Shown here: one piece after another, positions 1-10,692 of the stretch
How positions within the stretch are numbered: position 1 is the first letter of the stretch
Layout: each line of letters starts with the position of its first letter
Source of the DNA: a virus
Virus record (IMG/VR): IMGVR_UViG_3300020045_005677
Location: 64,413 to 128,412 of that record
Reading direction: 5' to 3' (one strand)
DNA length: 64,000 nt
Notes under the pieces: model-generated
What the model was told of the DNA's origin: nothing
Databases searched by the model: none
Seen by the model: the letters and a program-made list of their open reading frames with translations, nothing else
Made by a program: the position numbers and the translations under genes

Positions 1-414
1 TTTAATAGTATTTGTTAGTAGTGGAATAAAACATTGTTTGTTATCCATTAGTAAAGATTTAATTCCATTACTAGCTTTATACATTAACCTAGGGTCCAAT
101 GTGCATCTAATGTATCTATTAATACTTTTTTCTCCTGTATCCATTAAATCAGACATAGCTCTATTGTTTCTAATGTTTTTATCCCTTAAGTCTAATAATG
201 GTCTAGTAAAGAATGTATATCCAGAATTTAATCTTAAGTCTTCTGGTATTATATTTATTTTTTGTTCGTTAAAACCATATAGAGCATTAGTATATTTTCT
301 TCTTACATCCATTACTCCATCGCTAGATAATTCTTCGTATTTAGATAGAGTATCTACTTTTACTTTTTTTAATTTATCTTCGACCTGTTTCCAAATCTCA
401 TCATTTTCTGCCAT
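1..414 (-). CDS. Conserved phiKZ-like virion (tail/baseplate-region) protein, N-terminal part, runs off window
   Basis: Not in the ORF track. ATG at 414 with upstream GGGGAG; 138 open codons MAENDEIWKQ...GYTFFTRPLLDL...RCTLDPRL...FIPLLTN. These motifs are recalled from phiKZ-like structural proteins. Confidence 0.7.
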   Translation of the reverse strand, partial: MAENDEIWKQVEDKLKKVKVDTLSKYEELSSDGVMDVRRKYTNALYGFNEQKINIIPEDLRLNSGYTFFTRPLLDLRDKNIRNNRAMSDLMDTGEKSINRYIRCTLDPRLMYKASNGIKSLLMDNKQCFIPLLTNTIK

Positions 415-526
415 AACTCATATCTCCCCATATCTGGATTTTCATAAGAACCCGACCAATTCAGATGTCAAATACTATATATGAGTCTTTTTTGAAATTT
501 ATATAAAATAAGAAAAGGACTCCAAC

Positions 527-1639
527 ATGATAGCTGAAATAAGTACAGTATTCAATATTGCAGACAAAGCTATAGATTTAATTCTTGGTAATGATGTAGA
601 GGGATTGATTAAAAAAGGTAAATTAGGCCTAGACACTAATGGTTCTATTACTAAACTAATAGCAGAAACAATAATTGATTGTCCTATAATTGTTTCTAAA
701 TCTCTAGAAACAAATGCAGACATAGACAAGATATTAAACTTTAATGTAGATGTACTAGCTGCTACGGTATCTCAAGCATTTATGGTATTAACTAAGTTAA
801 AAGGTATAGACCCAATAACTGCATTTGATGTATTAAAAACTAATAAAACTGTAACTTCTGGATTAAATAATGATATAACTTTAAATATAGATTTATCTAA
901 AAACTTTAAGAGAAGTAAAGGTTTAACATTAGGTAAGATGAATCCTAAACTAGATGCAGGATTAGAAGCAGGAGAAGACTTTAAAAAAGACAAATCTTCA
1001 ATTCCAGTAATTTATTCTAAAGACATTGATTTAAAATTAACTTTTAAAGATGCAGAAGGCAAAGAGAAACATTTAATATTGCCAATTATGTTTAAAGCTA
1101 AAATTAGTTTTGTATCTTATAATAGTATTAAAACATTCTTGATAGATAAAAATTTTGAGAAAGATGCATCTGAAAGATGGCTAGAAGTTGAAGCTGGTTT
1201 GGTATCTATTAAAAACTTCTTTATCCCTATGGATATGATTAAAGCTTATAAAGAGAAAAAGATTAGGGATACTGATGAGCTAATGGCTTATACATCTGAA
1301 AAATCTTCTACTGGATATGGTAAAATATTAACTACTGGAATGACTGGGTTTGGTATGTATTTAGGAGGAGTAGTATTAACTATTGATGAACTAGATGATA
1401 TTGAAACTACAGTATTAAGAGGTAGCATTAATGATGACAAAAGAAAAGATAAATTCTTCGAAGCTGCTAAATCAATTCTATTAACAATAGTAGATGGAGC
1501 TTATGACAGAGTAAGAGTAGTAACAAAAGATATTGGTGGTAGTGGTTCTGTATTTAAGATATCTAATCTTAAAAAGAAAACAGATGGAAGTGATTTAGAT
1601 GCTATCTTTAAAGATATATTACTAGGTAAAAGATTCTAA
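527..1639 (+). CDS. Head/inner-body protein (phiKZ gp89-like)
   Basis: 370 aa, AAGGA RBS, internal AGLE protease motif, first gene of the head cluster; gp number from recalled synteny. Confidence 0.55.
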   Translation: MIAEISTVFNIADKAIDLILGNDVEGLIKKGKLGLDTNGSITKLIAETIIDCPIIVSKSLETNADIDKILNFNVDVLAATVSQAFMVLTKLKGIDPITAFDVLKTNKTVTSGLNNDITLNIDLSKNFKRSKGLTLGKMNPKLDAGLEAGEDFKKDKSSIPVIYSKDIDLKLTFKDAEGKEKHLILPIMFKAKISFVSYNSIKTFLIDKNFEKDASERWLEVEAGLVSIKNFFIPMDMIKAYKEKKIRDTDELMAYTSEKSSTGYGKILTTGMTGFGMYLGGVVLTIDELDDIETTVLRGSINDDKRKDKFFEAAKSILLTIVDGAYDRVRVVTKDIGGSGSVFKISNLKKKTDGSDLDAIFKDILLGKRF

Positions 1640-1652
1640 GGAGAATTAAATA

Positions 1653-2552
1653 ATGATAACAAATATAGAAAACTTAAAAGTAATACTAAATGGTATATTA
1701 CCAGATAGTTTTAGAAAAGATGATTTAGTTAATACTTTTCAAGATACTAGAGATACTCTTAAAACATTACTTAAGCAATATGCTGATGTATTAAAAATAT
1801 TTAAAGATGAAAAGATTGAAGATTATTCTTTCTTATCAGACTTAAATTTATTATTAGGTATTAAATCTAAAAAGACTTCAGACACATTAGCTTTCTTATT
1901 AAATTTATTACAAGTATTAGATTCTAATAAGAATGCAGTAGAGAAGCTAGTATTAGATATTGATGATATAAACATTAAAGATAATATTAATCTAAGAACT
2001 GCTGTAATCTACAAAGTAGTATCTGACTATTATTTCTTTACTAGATTCCTAGCTGATATATTAAACTATGCACTAGATGTATATAGATTTAATAAAACAG
2101 GTAAAGAGTATACTAAGGATATTAAATTAGATATGTCTAATAGCGGATATCTAACTGACAATGTTTATAATTATTCAGATAACTTTGCTAAAGATATAGA
2201 AAAAGATATTCCTGATATTAATATATCTTTATCTAATTCTGAAACGGATAGTTTCCTAGATACTATTATTAAGAAGATTAGAGGTAAAGATAGTGCTATT
2301 AATTTAGTAGGTACTTCTAACTTTAAAAATAATGTAATCTATATTATTGGTAAAATTATTACTGATATCCAGATTAAAAAAGCTAAGTCTTTAAAAGACA
2401 AAGTAGAAATGATTAAATATAAAATTTTAGAAGCTGAAGCACTTAATGAAAAAGGTGAGATTGATAATGAACAATTAGCTAAAGCAATTGCTAAGTATCA
2501 AGAAGAGATAGATGAAGCTGAATATAAAATAGAAAGAATACTTAAGGTGTAA
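1653..2552 (+). CDS. Head/inner-body protein (phiKZ gp90-like)
   Basis: 299 aa helical protein with C-terminal coiled coil, AGGAG RBS, follows the gp89-like gene. Confidence 0.5.
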   Translation: MITNIENLKVILNGILPDSFRKDDLVNTFQDTRDTLKTLLKQYADVLKIFKDEKIEDYSFLSDLNLLLGIKSKKTSDTLAFLLNLLQVLDSNKNAVEKLVLDIDDINIKDNINLRTAVIYKVVSDYYFFTRFLADILNYALDVYRFNKTGKEYTKDIKLDMSNSGYLTDNVYNYSDNFAKDIEKDIPDINISLSNSETDSFLDTIIKKIRGKDSAINLVGTSNFKNNVIYIIGKIITDIQIKKAKSLKDKVEMIKYKILEAEALNEKGEIDNEQLAKAIAKYQEEIDEAEYKIERILKV

Positions 2553-2562
2553 ATTATTAAAT

Positions 2563-2594
2563 ATAGTGTATATAATTGAGTTTATATACACTAT
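2563..2594 (+). terminator. Inverted repeat, 13-bp stem
   Basis: ATAGTGTATATAA/TTATATACACTAT after the 2552 stop. Confidence 0.65.
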
Positions 2595-2684
2595 TATCAA
2601 TATTTTATAATTTGATAATATATGCAATGCAGATATGTAGGGCGTCAAGTATATTAAACAATTTTTTTATAAAAGGATTAGACG

Positions 2685-3947
2685 ATGGTAAATGGATTAG
2701 GAAGATTAGGAAACTTAGTAGCTGGATTAGAAGGTGAAGATGTTGTTGTAACTCAAGATGTTGATGGTACATCATTATTAGAAGAAGTAGCAACAGGTAG
2801 CGAATTAGCTGCACAAACTGAAGAAATCAATGATATCGTTTCTGATGTTACTGAATTAGAAGAAGTTCAAGCTGCTGTTGAAGATGAATTAGAAGCTATT
2901 GAATGTGTTGACCAACCATTATTAGAAACTGGTACTGAATCAGATTTTAAAGTGGCTTTAGCATTTATGCAAGCTAACAACAAAAAATTAGCAAAAAGAT
3001 TAAACTTAGGTGCTAGTGCTTTAAGAACTTCTGGATTAGAATCTAATCACGGTGGATACAAAGATGCATTTAGAGCTGCATTAGAAGAAAAAGAAAGCTT
3101 ACTAAAAAGAATTCAAGCAACTGCTTCTGCAACTTGGGAAAAAATCTTAATGTTCATTAAGAAAAAAATTCAAGAGATTGGTTTATACTTTAATAAACAA
3201 GAAAAAACTGCTGATAAAATTTTAGTTGAATTAGAAAAAAGAACAAATACATTAGCTGAAGGTGCTTTCTTAACTGATGCTGATAAATCTTCAATTGGTT
3301 CTAAATTTGGTGCTTATTTAGTTTTAGGAGAAGGTGCTGCTGTTGAAAAATATGCTGATAACTATTCTAAATTATTTAATTCTCCAGTTGTTCCAGCTGC
3401 AGGTAAAAAATTAGAGGACAACTTCTCTATTAAAGCAAATGCAGCAGTAAATGCTTTCATCTCTTCTCAACTTGGTTCAGATGCAAATGTTAAAGATTTC
3501 AATGTTGCTACTGTTGCTATCAATGGTAAATCAGTTGTATTAGCTTTAGCTTCTAAAAATCTTGAAAAAGCTGATTCAGTTACTGCTGAAGAAAAAGTTA
3601 CATTCAAAACTGTTACTTATAAAGTAGCTGATGTTGATGTTGAAAAAGTTACGTCTGCTTTAAAAGACATTCCATCTATGGATGCATTAACTACTTTTGC
3701 TAAAAGAGCAAAAGAAATGGCTAAAGGTATTGATACTGTAGCTAAAGAAAACTATGCAAATGCTGAGTCTTATGCTAAAGCTATTAAAACTGCTAAAGAA
3801 AGCAACGTTAACTTAGTTAAAGTTTATGGTAACATTTCTGGTGGTGTTCAAACTGCTACGTTACAATCTGTATCTGGTATGACAAATTGTATTGCTAACT
3901 TAAACTGGTTAGCTTCACACTTCTCTGCTAAATACAAAACAAAATAA
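2685..3947 (+). CDS. Inner-body/ejection protein, phiKZ_IP-like family
   Basis: 420 aa; acidic propeptide with AGLE and SGLE sites, then WEKILMFIKK helix; Ala-rich with codon usage like the MCP gene. Confidence 0.7.
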   Translation: MVNGLGRLGNLVAGLEGEDVVVTQDVDGTSLLEEVATGSELAAQTEEINDIVSDVTELEEVQAAVEDELEAIECVDQPLLETGTESDFKVALAFMQANNKKLAKRLNLGASALRTSGLESNHGGYKDAFRAALEEKESLLKRIQATASATWEKILMFIKKKIQEIGLYFNKQEKTADKILVELEKRTNTLAEGAFLTDADKSSIGSKFGAYLVLGEGAAVEKYADNYSKLFNSPVVPAAGKKLEDNFSIKANAAVNAFISSQLGSDANVKDFNVATVAINGKSVVLALASKNLEKADSVTAEEKVTFKTVTYKVADVDVEKVTSALKDIPSMDALTTFAKRAKEMAKGIDTVAKENYANAESYAKAIKTAKESNVNLVKVYGNISGGVQTATLQSVSGMTNCIANLNWLASHFSAKYKTK

Positions 3948-3967
3948 TCTTTAAATAGATAATTTAC

Positions 3968-4002
3968 AAAAAGCTCTATTCTTAACTGGATAGAGCTTTT
4001 TT
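3968..4002 (+). terminator. Intrinsic terminator-like hairpin
   Basis: AAAAAGCTCTAT/ATAGAGCTTTTT with T-tract. Confidence 0.75.
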
Positions 4003-4056
4003 CCTATTTTGCCGTTCTTTTGATTTTAGTAGGACAACATTAAAAGGAAGAAATAA

Positions 4057-5409
4057 ATGAGAACAGGATTAGCCTTAGAATTCGGTAGAGAATTCGGTAA
4101 TAATAAGTTAGTAGGTAGTAATGTTCTATCTCAATCGGGATTAGAAGACGATATGTCTACTAATGATAATAACTTTAAAGTAGAGATAGAAGTAGAGCTA
4201 TCAGAGCTTACTGGAGCTTTAAAAGAAATAGAAGTAGAAATTACTTTTGCTAAAGAGTTATCTAATCATATTGCTTTAGATAATGAGTATCTAGAAAAAG
4301 AAGTTTATAGTAAAGAGCTAATAGATTATTCTAATAAAGCTTTTAATAGTAAAATAGAAGGTAAAGACTTAGACCCTATTACTATGGTAGGTAATGAATC
4401 AGTAATGGGTACAATTGCGGATGGCTTTAAATATGCTATTAATAATAAATTAGAAGTATTAAAGAAAGTATGGGAGAAGATAGTATTCTTATTTAATATA
4501 TTAGTTAAAAAGATGAAAGACTTTTATGGTAAGATTTTAATAGCTATTAAAAAGATGAATAACTATCCTAAGCAAATATTAGAAATGATTTCAGTATTAC
4601 CTAGACATGATAAAGTAAATATTAGTTTATTAACAGATGAAACTAAAGAAGATTTATTATTAGCATTCTCTATATTTGCAATTACAGCTGGTAACAAAAC
4701 ATTCTCTTTTGGAGACACTCAAGACTTAAGAGACTTTTCTGAATTCTTTAGTAGAGATATATTTCCTAAATTAAATCTAGATAGTATATCTCATGAAGAT
4801 TTAGAATCTAATAAAGCATTTGATGTATCTATAATAGATGATAGAGATATTAAAGTATTAAACGAGTTAAAGAAAAAAGAAATCTTAAATAAGAATTTTG
4901 ATTCTAAAAGACCATTTGATAAAGCAATGCCTATTATCTTTATAGCTGATAAATTAACTATGCTAACTGATATTAGTACTGATAGTGTTAAAAATAGTTT
5001 TGCTTTAACTACAGCTACTGTTAAGTCTGAAGTATTAAAAGATATCGTAATAGACTTAGGTGTGTATGATGATTTAAATAGCATGTTATTAGTATTGCAA
5101 AAATACTTAAGAGAAGAGTATGAGGCTGGTGCTAGAGAACAAATATTAACATTAGGTAAAATAGGTGATAAGATTAATGAATATAATAAGAAAGTAGCTG
5201 AAGAGACTAATGCTACTAGATTAGAACAAGTATTAAATACATATACTGGTGGATACAATGTATTAAAATTAGTATTGGATACTAACTTAACTTCAGCACT
5301 AGATTGTTATACTAGATGTATTAATGCTTTAGCTGCTGTAGCTAAAGATTCATTAGCTAACGAACAAGTACAAAAAGAAAAACAAAACTTTCCAAATTTA
5401 GGAGCATGA
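4057..5409 (+). CDS. Inner-body protein paralog, phiKZ_IP-like
   Basis: 450 aa; SGLE in acidic N-terminus, then VWEKIVFLF helix like the 2685 ORF. Confidence 0.6.
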   Translation: MRTGLALEFGREFGNNKLVGSNVLSQSGLEDDMSTNDNNFKVEIEVELSELTGALKEIEVEITFAKELSNHIALDNEYLEKEVYSKELIDYSNKAFNSKIEGKDLDPITMVGNESVMGTIADGFKYAINNKLEVLKKVWEKIVFLFNILVKKMKDFYGKILIAIKKMNNYPKQILEMISVLPRHDKVNISLLTDETKEDLLLAFSIFAITAGNKTFSFGDTQDLRDFSEFFSRDIFPKLNLDSISHEDLESNKAFDVSIIDDRDIKVLNELKKKEILNKNFDSKRPFDKAMPIIFIADKLTMLTDISTDSVKNSFALTTATVKSEVLKDIVIDLGVYDDLNSMLLVLQKYLREEYEAGAREQILTLGKIGDKINEYNKKVAEETNATRLEQVLNTYTGGYNVLKLVLDTNLTSALDCYTRCINALAAVAKDSLANEQVQKEKQNFPNLGA

Positions 5410-5410
5410 T

Positions 5411-5830
5411 ATGCCATCAGAGATTAAAGAAAAATTATTAGAACTGCTAGAAGAGTACAATACTAATAAATCAGAAATGATTGGGTTAAACTTAATTAGA
5501 TTTTATAAGAAGTTATTTAAAGCTTCAGAGAGCTTAATGGACTTACATGGTTTATTTAATTTATTAAATAAAAATCCTAAGACTATGGATAATAGATTTA
5601 TGCAATTAGTAGTAGAGAGATTAAATGGTGAATCTAGATTTCCAATAGCTGCTCTATATGGATATACTAATAGTCCTGGTACTGTTATTACTGCTATAGA
5701 TGGTCAATATGATTTAGTAATGGAGAAAGAACAACTATTCTCTGCTTATATAGCTAATAATGATGTAGAAGATGTAATTAACTTATTTATTTTAATAGAT
5801 GAAGTAAATAGGATTAAAAGTAATTATTAA
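5411..5830 (+). CDS. Hypothetical protein
   Basis: 139 aa, starts 1 nt after the previous stop, followed by a hairpin. Confidence 0.6.
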   Translation: MPSEIKEKLLELLEEYNTNKSEMIGLNLIRFYKKLFKASESLMDLHGLFNLLNKNPKTMDNRFMQLVVERLNGESRFPIAALYGYTNSPGTVITAIDGQYDLVMEKEQLFSAYIANNDVEDVINLFILIDEVNRIKSNY

Positions 5831-5837
5831 TATAAAT

Positions 5838-5868
5838 ACTATAGGCTATCACTAAGATAGCCTATAGT
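5838..5868 (+). terminator. Inverted repeat, perfect 13-bp stem
   Basis: ACTATAGGCTATC-ACTAA-GATAGCCTATAGT. Confidence 0.7.
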
Positions 5869-5919
5869 CTATTATTTGGCACCAAAAAATTATTTGAAGC
5901 TCAGACTTAAGGAGTATTT

Positions 5920-7467
5920 GTGAATAATTATAATATAAATTTATTAGACTCAGGAGAGGATAATTATAAAAGATTTTGTAAATCTATAATGTCAGATTTA
6001 AAAGTCTTTCTAGGTTTACCAAATGACATTAGTGTATATGTTAATAGTGGTTTTGATGCAGACATGGACAAGAGCTATAAAGAGGCTGATTATAGTAATC
6101 AACCTTTTACTAGAAGTATAGAAATAACCTACGAAGAAGACAATGGAGACTTTGGAGAAAACTCTTTAGCTTTCTCTCCGAATGAAGATTACTATGTATT
6201 TAAAGATACAGAATTAGGAGTAGAGTTAGCTCCTATGGTAAAAGCCAATAAACTAATATTAACTATTAGAATAAATGCTAAATCTAAAACAATAGTAAAT
6301 ACTACTCTAAATAGATACAAGTCTAAAGTATCTGTACTAAGAGAAGGAATGAGACACTCTAATGTAGAGTATATATCTTTTGTAGATAATAAGGTATTAT
6401 TTATACTAGGAGAAATACATAAGAAAAGATTATTAGTATATCCTGCTGAGACCCTATCTGATTATATTTTAAAATACAGAACTAAAGATTTAAAGACTGT
6501 AAACTCTGGTGGTAATAATAATAAAAATATATTAGCTATTAAGTCTAATTACTTTAATATTAATGGTAGATTTACTACAGATATAAATGGACTAAAAACA
6601 GAGTACGATAGTAAGAATAAAGAATACTATATAGAATTAAGCTATGAAGTATATTCTAATATTCCATTAGAGCTAAATGTACAATATCCTACTATGGTGT
6701 TTAACCAAATCATCAATAAGAACTTAATAGAGTCTATAGACCCTTATAAACATTATGTAGGTGATACATACTATGTAGACCAGTTTGATAATCTCACTAG
6801 GATTAAAAGACCATTGTATACAGACAAAACTAATCTCTATGTAAATATACCAGAGTATGATACTCATTTATTACCCGACAATAGTAATATCTATAAAAAG
6901 ATATTTAGTGTAATGTTAACAATGATAGATTCTACTGGAGTTATAGTAGATAATAGTATACCTATTTTTAATTTAGGTAATCTAGGAAAGAAAGTATCTA
7001 TTAATCAAGATGTATTAGATTTCTTAGCTAATGGAGAGTTTGAATACTTATGTAAATTATTAATGAGTGCATTCTCTTTAAACATATTCGAAAATGATAG
7101 ATTAGTAGATAATAGTAAATTATCTTTAGATAATAGCTTAAATGTATATTATACTGGTCCTGTTGATATTAAGAATACTTATAGAGTTACTTTTAATATT
7201 TGTATTAAGCCAGAGAACTTACATAGTGATGCTTATAAAAGAGTATCTAATAATACTATTATCATGGATAGAATAAATAATATAATAGTAATTAATGATA
7301 TATACAATTATGACTTATATAGAATGGATAACTACGATATGAACCAAATGTCTGATGACTATAAGAATGCCCATAAAAGAAATGGAATACATAGAACTGT
7401 ACAATCAGTACATATTCAAGCTGCAGGTCTATTAGAGTTAAAAGAAGATATAATAAATAAACAATAA
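5920..7467 (+). CDS. Virion structural protein (phiKZ-like tail/baseplate block)
   Basis: 515 aa, GTG start with AAGGAG RBS, first gene of an operon in the structural cluster. Confidence 0.5.
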   Translation: MNNYNINLLDSGEDNYKRFCKSIMSDLKVFLGLPNDISVYVNSGFDADMDKSYKEADYSNQPFTRSIEITYEEDNGDFGENSLAFSPNEDYYVFKDTELGVELAPMVKANKLILTIRINAKSKTIVNTTLNRYKSKVSVLREGMRHSNVEYISFVDNKVLFILGEIHKKRLLVYPAETLSDYILKYRTKDLKTVNSGGNNNKNILAIKSNYFNINGRFTTDINGLKTEYDSKNKEYYIELSYEVYSNIPLELNVQYPTMVFNQIINKNLIESIDPYKHYVGDTYYVDQFDNLTRIKRPLYTDKTNLYVNIPEYDTHLLPDNSNIYKKIFSVMLTMIDSTGVIVDNSIPIFNLGNLGKKVSINQDVLDFLANGEFEYLCKLLMSAFSLNIFENDRLVDNSKLSLDNSLNVYYTGPVDIKNTYRVTFNICIKPENLHSDAYKRVSNNTIIMDRINNIIVINDIYNYDLYRMDNYDMNQMSDDYKNAHKRNGIHRTVQSVHIQAAGLLELKEDIINKQ

Positions 7468-7480
7468 TAAAGGATAGAAG

Positions 7481-8848
7481 ATGGCATTAGCAGATGAGCT
7501 AGAAGATATACCTGGAGATGAATTACCAGTACAAGAACCAGATGTAGTAGAGCCTTTTAAATATCATATTCCTAAAGATACTTACGATAGTATAATTAGA
7601 GAATATGATACATCTGAAGATTATTCTATATTAGAATATATGGAAGGTAGTAAATGGACTGTTAATTACTATAATCAAAATTTAGGTAAAGATGATAGTG
7701 GTAAGTTATTAGATAGTGCTAATCCTCCAGCATTAAGACCATTAACTAAAATAGAGAATTTAGTATTAATAGTAGATTCTCCAATGAGTGAAAACCTATA
7801 TGAATCTATGGAAGGTACAGCAATCTTTTATGCTGGTAAATTAAGACCTTATGTAGGTGATAACTTTGTAGTACCATTATTAAATAAAAGATTAGCTATA
7901 TTCCAAATTACATCTGTAAAATTAAAGACTTATGTAAATAAAGATATTTATGCTGTAACTTATTCTGTATACTTATTTAACAATAATCAAGCTACTGAAG
8001 ATTTCTTAATTATATTGGAACAATCTGTAAATAGAAAGTTTTATTATAATTCTGATTTTGTTAGAAATAGAAGTTCAGTATTATTAACTAATGAAGAAAA
8101 TAATAAGTATCAAGATGCTATTGGACAAATGGCTTATCTTTCTAGATTATGGTTGCAAACATTTAGAGACTTTAAAACAAATCTATTTTTAATTAACCAA
8201 ACTTATTCTAGTATGGATAGAAACTTAGAAAAGTTTTTCTTATCTATAATAGAACAAGATGATTTAGAATCTTTTCCTAATTTTACTAATACTACTTATT
8301 CTCCATTTGGTGGTAAGCTAGATAGATATACTATATTCGATTTGCTATTGGATAAAAAACATATTAGGCTAGATGATATTTGTCATAAAGCTGTAAAACT
8401 AACTTGTGCTGGCGGACTAGGTATAGATGTTAGGATTGGAGATTTATCTATATTAGGATTTGATTCTATTATATTTCCATATAAAGACCTTAGGCATCTA
8501 GGAGATATAGATAGTGAAGGATGTCATATCTCATTAGACTTCGAAGTGGATACTGAGAGTATATTTAAAGGTGTATTATTACCAGACATAGTAGGACTAT
8601 CATTACAGGTAGGAATGTATTTATTTACTACTAACTTCTATAGTGCTAACAGAGACGGTTTAAGCACTCTAGAACTGTTAGTTTTAGATTACATAGAAGA
8701 TAGAGAGCTAGATACTACAAAACTGCTAGAATTGGCTAATAGCGTTAATAAATTTACATTATTAGAAAAGTTTTATTATTTACCAATAATATATCTATTA
8801 TTAAAATATTATAAGTACTATGCTTATAGTTTTGTTACTAAGGATTAA
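7481..8848 (+). CDS. Virion structural protein (phiKZ-like)
   Basis: 455 aa; LEYMEGSKWTVNYYNQ motif recalled from conserved phiKZ-like structural proteins. Confidence 0.55.
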   Translation: MALADELEDIPGDELPVQEPDVVEPFKYHIPKDTYDSIIREYDTSEDYSILEYMEGSKWTVNYYNQNLGKDDSGKLLDSANPPALRPLTKIENLVLIVDSPMSENLYESMEGTAIFYAGKLRPYVGDNFVVPLLNKRLAIFQITSVKLKTYVNKDIYAVTYSVYLFNNNQATEDFLIILEQSVNRKFYYNSDFVRNRSSVLLTNEENNKYQDAIGQMAYLSRLWLQTFRDFKTNLFLINQTYSSMDRNLEKFFLSIIEQDDLESFPNFTNTTYSPFGGKLDRYTIFDLLLDKKHIRLDDICHKAVKLTCAGGLGIDVRIGDLSILGFDSIIFPYKDLRHLGDIDSEGCHISLDFEVDTESIFKGVLLPDIVGLSLQVGMYLFTTNFYSANRDGLSTLELLVLDYIEDRELDTTKLLELANSVNKFTLLEKFYYLPIIYLLLKYYKYYAYSFVTKD

Positions 8849-8850
8849 AG

Positions 8851-9462
8851 ATGATTAAAAACTATACTAAAGCTACTGGAATTGAAACTAGTAAATTATT
8901 AAGTAAAGATTTATTTAGTATTAAAATAGATATGGTAGCTGCTATGCAACTAAGAAATAATGGTACGGTAATATTAGAATCGGATGAATATGGTAGAACG
9001 ATAGCATTAGATAAAAATAGAAAAGAAGTGCTATATGCTACAATATATCAATTAGTAATCCTATATGAAAATGGACATAGAATTGAAGTAACAACTAGAG
9101 ATGATGTAATTAATATTTATTCTTTAATTACTCAACATTTAACTAATGTAAACTATAGATTAAACGCTACACTAAACGATATAGGTAGTGGAGTGGATAA
9201 TGATTCGTTATTATTATTAGCTAATCTAGCTGATACAATTTGTGATAATAATGCTATTCTATTAACAGATAGAGATTTAGAACATAGACAAGAACAAAGA
9301 AAAAGATTTGCTGGAAACATTGGAGTATCTACAGATGATTTATTCTCTCATTTTGGATATGACTCTCCTAGCTTAAATAGTAGCTATACAAGAAGAGATA
9401 GTGATGATAATCAAGCACATGAAGCAGTATTAAGACAAGCTAAGAAAGCACAAAGATATTAA
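8851..9462 (+). CDS. Conserved phiKZ-like hypothetical protein
   Basis: 203 aa, tightly packed within the structural operon. Confidence 0.55.
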   Translation: MIKNYTKATGIETSKLLSKDLFSIKIDMVAAMQLRNNGTVILESDEYGRTIALDKNRKEVLYATIYQLVILYENGHRIEVTTRDDVINIYSLITQHLTNVNYRLNATLNDIGSGVDNDSLLLLANLADTICDNNAILLTDRDLEHRQEQRKRFAGNIGVSTDDLFSHFGYDSPSLNSSYTRRDSDDNQAHEAVLRQAKKAQRY

Positions 9463-9483
9463 AATTAAATTAAGGATAAGTAG

Positions 9484-10689
9484 ATGAAAAAGAATGTATT
9501 TAAAATAACAAAAGATATTAAAGCTGGAATAGAAAAGATTCAAGAGTTTAAAAGATTAAATGGTGATGAAGTAGATGAGTATTTGGAAATGTTAGCTAAC
9601 TTCTTTAGAAATAATAGTTTATCTATTATGGCTCTAATAGATATAGCTAAAACATATGAAAATACTTCTATTAAAAATACAGAAATGATTACTGAGATAT
9701 TAAGAGACGAATCTATATTAGAAGGATTGATTACAGCTAAAGCCAAAGAAGTATTAAATACAATGCTAAGTGATGTAGAGACTCTAAATAGAGTAGTAAT
9801 GATTAACAATAATGAAAATATTGTATATGCTGGAAAGATAGCTAAATTAGCTGAAGTACATTATAGAAGTGTAATGGATTTTACTCCATCTGTTGAACTA
9901 AAAGATATGCTAAATGGATTTGACTCTACATTATTAGGTTCTATTAATCTAATGGATATCTTTAAAGATAGAATGGCTAAAAATAGTCCTAAAACTATTG
10001 AAGACTTCTATGCTATATTAGGAATAGAAAACACTGTATCTATATTATCTAAATATAGTAATATGTCAGAGAGTGATACTTTAGATTTAGCAAAAGATTA
10101 TGTTAAGAAAACAGGAATGATACTAGCTAGATATTATTTCCCAATATCTGTTTTAAATAGTTCATTTCCAAATGCAAATGCTTCTATTGGTAAATATATA
10201 GATATGTTAATTTCTAATAAGATGGGTATTACTAAAGTAGATGATTCTGATACTATAGAATTTATAGAACCAACTTATCAAAATTCTATAAACATACTAT
10301 CTGGAATTAGTATAAATGAATCAGGTTTAGTATATGAGCCAGATATTGACAGTTTAGATTTAGCAGACTTAGTAGAGTTATTAGCTAAAATGTTTACTCT
10401 AGTGTCATCTGTATTTATATTAAGAAAACAAGAAGATATTTCTAGATTTAATATTTTAAAAGATAATCTATTTAAAGTAGTAAATGAATTGTATACTTCT
10501 CAAGATGGAGAATGGTTAGATTCATTCTTAGATTTAATAGAAGCTGACACAACTAGAAATAAAAAGATAGATATGGAAGTATCTAAATATTTAAGAAGCG
10601 ATTATGATTTAGGTAGCTTTAAAGATTTCCAAGATATATTAGATAAAGCAGCTATCTTTACATCAATGATTTTAACTAATAAAGGATAA
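9484..10689 (+). CDS. Putative virion protein
   Basis: 401 aa helical protein, AAGGA RBS, in the structural operon. Confidence 0.5.
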   Translation: MKKNVFKITKDIKAGIEKIQEFKRLNGDEVDEYLEMLANFFRNNSLSIMALIDIAKTYENTSIKNTEMITEILRDESILEGLITAKAKEVLNTMLSDVETLNRVVMINNNENIVYAGKIAKLAEVHYRSVMDFTPSVELKDMLNGFDSTLLGSINLMDIFKDRMAKNSPKTIEDFYAILGIENTVSILSKYSNMSESDTLDLAKDYVKKTGMILARYYFPISVLNSSFPNANASIGKYIDMLISNKMGITKVDDSDTIEFIEPTYQNSINILSGISINESGLVYEPDIDSLDLADLVELLAKMFTLVSSVFILRKQEDISRFNILKDNLFKVVNELYTSQDGEWLDSFLDLIEADTTRNKKIDMEVSKYLRSDYDLGSFKDFQDILDKAAIFTSMILTNKG

Positions 10690-10692
10690 GAA

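Noticed and set aside
38-484. 148-aa + strand ORF
   Set aside because: Antisense shadow of the real minus-strand gene (ATG 414); no RBS; F/L/S/I-rich.
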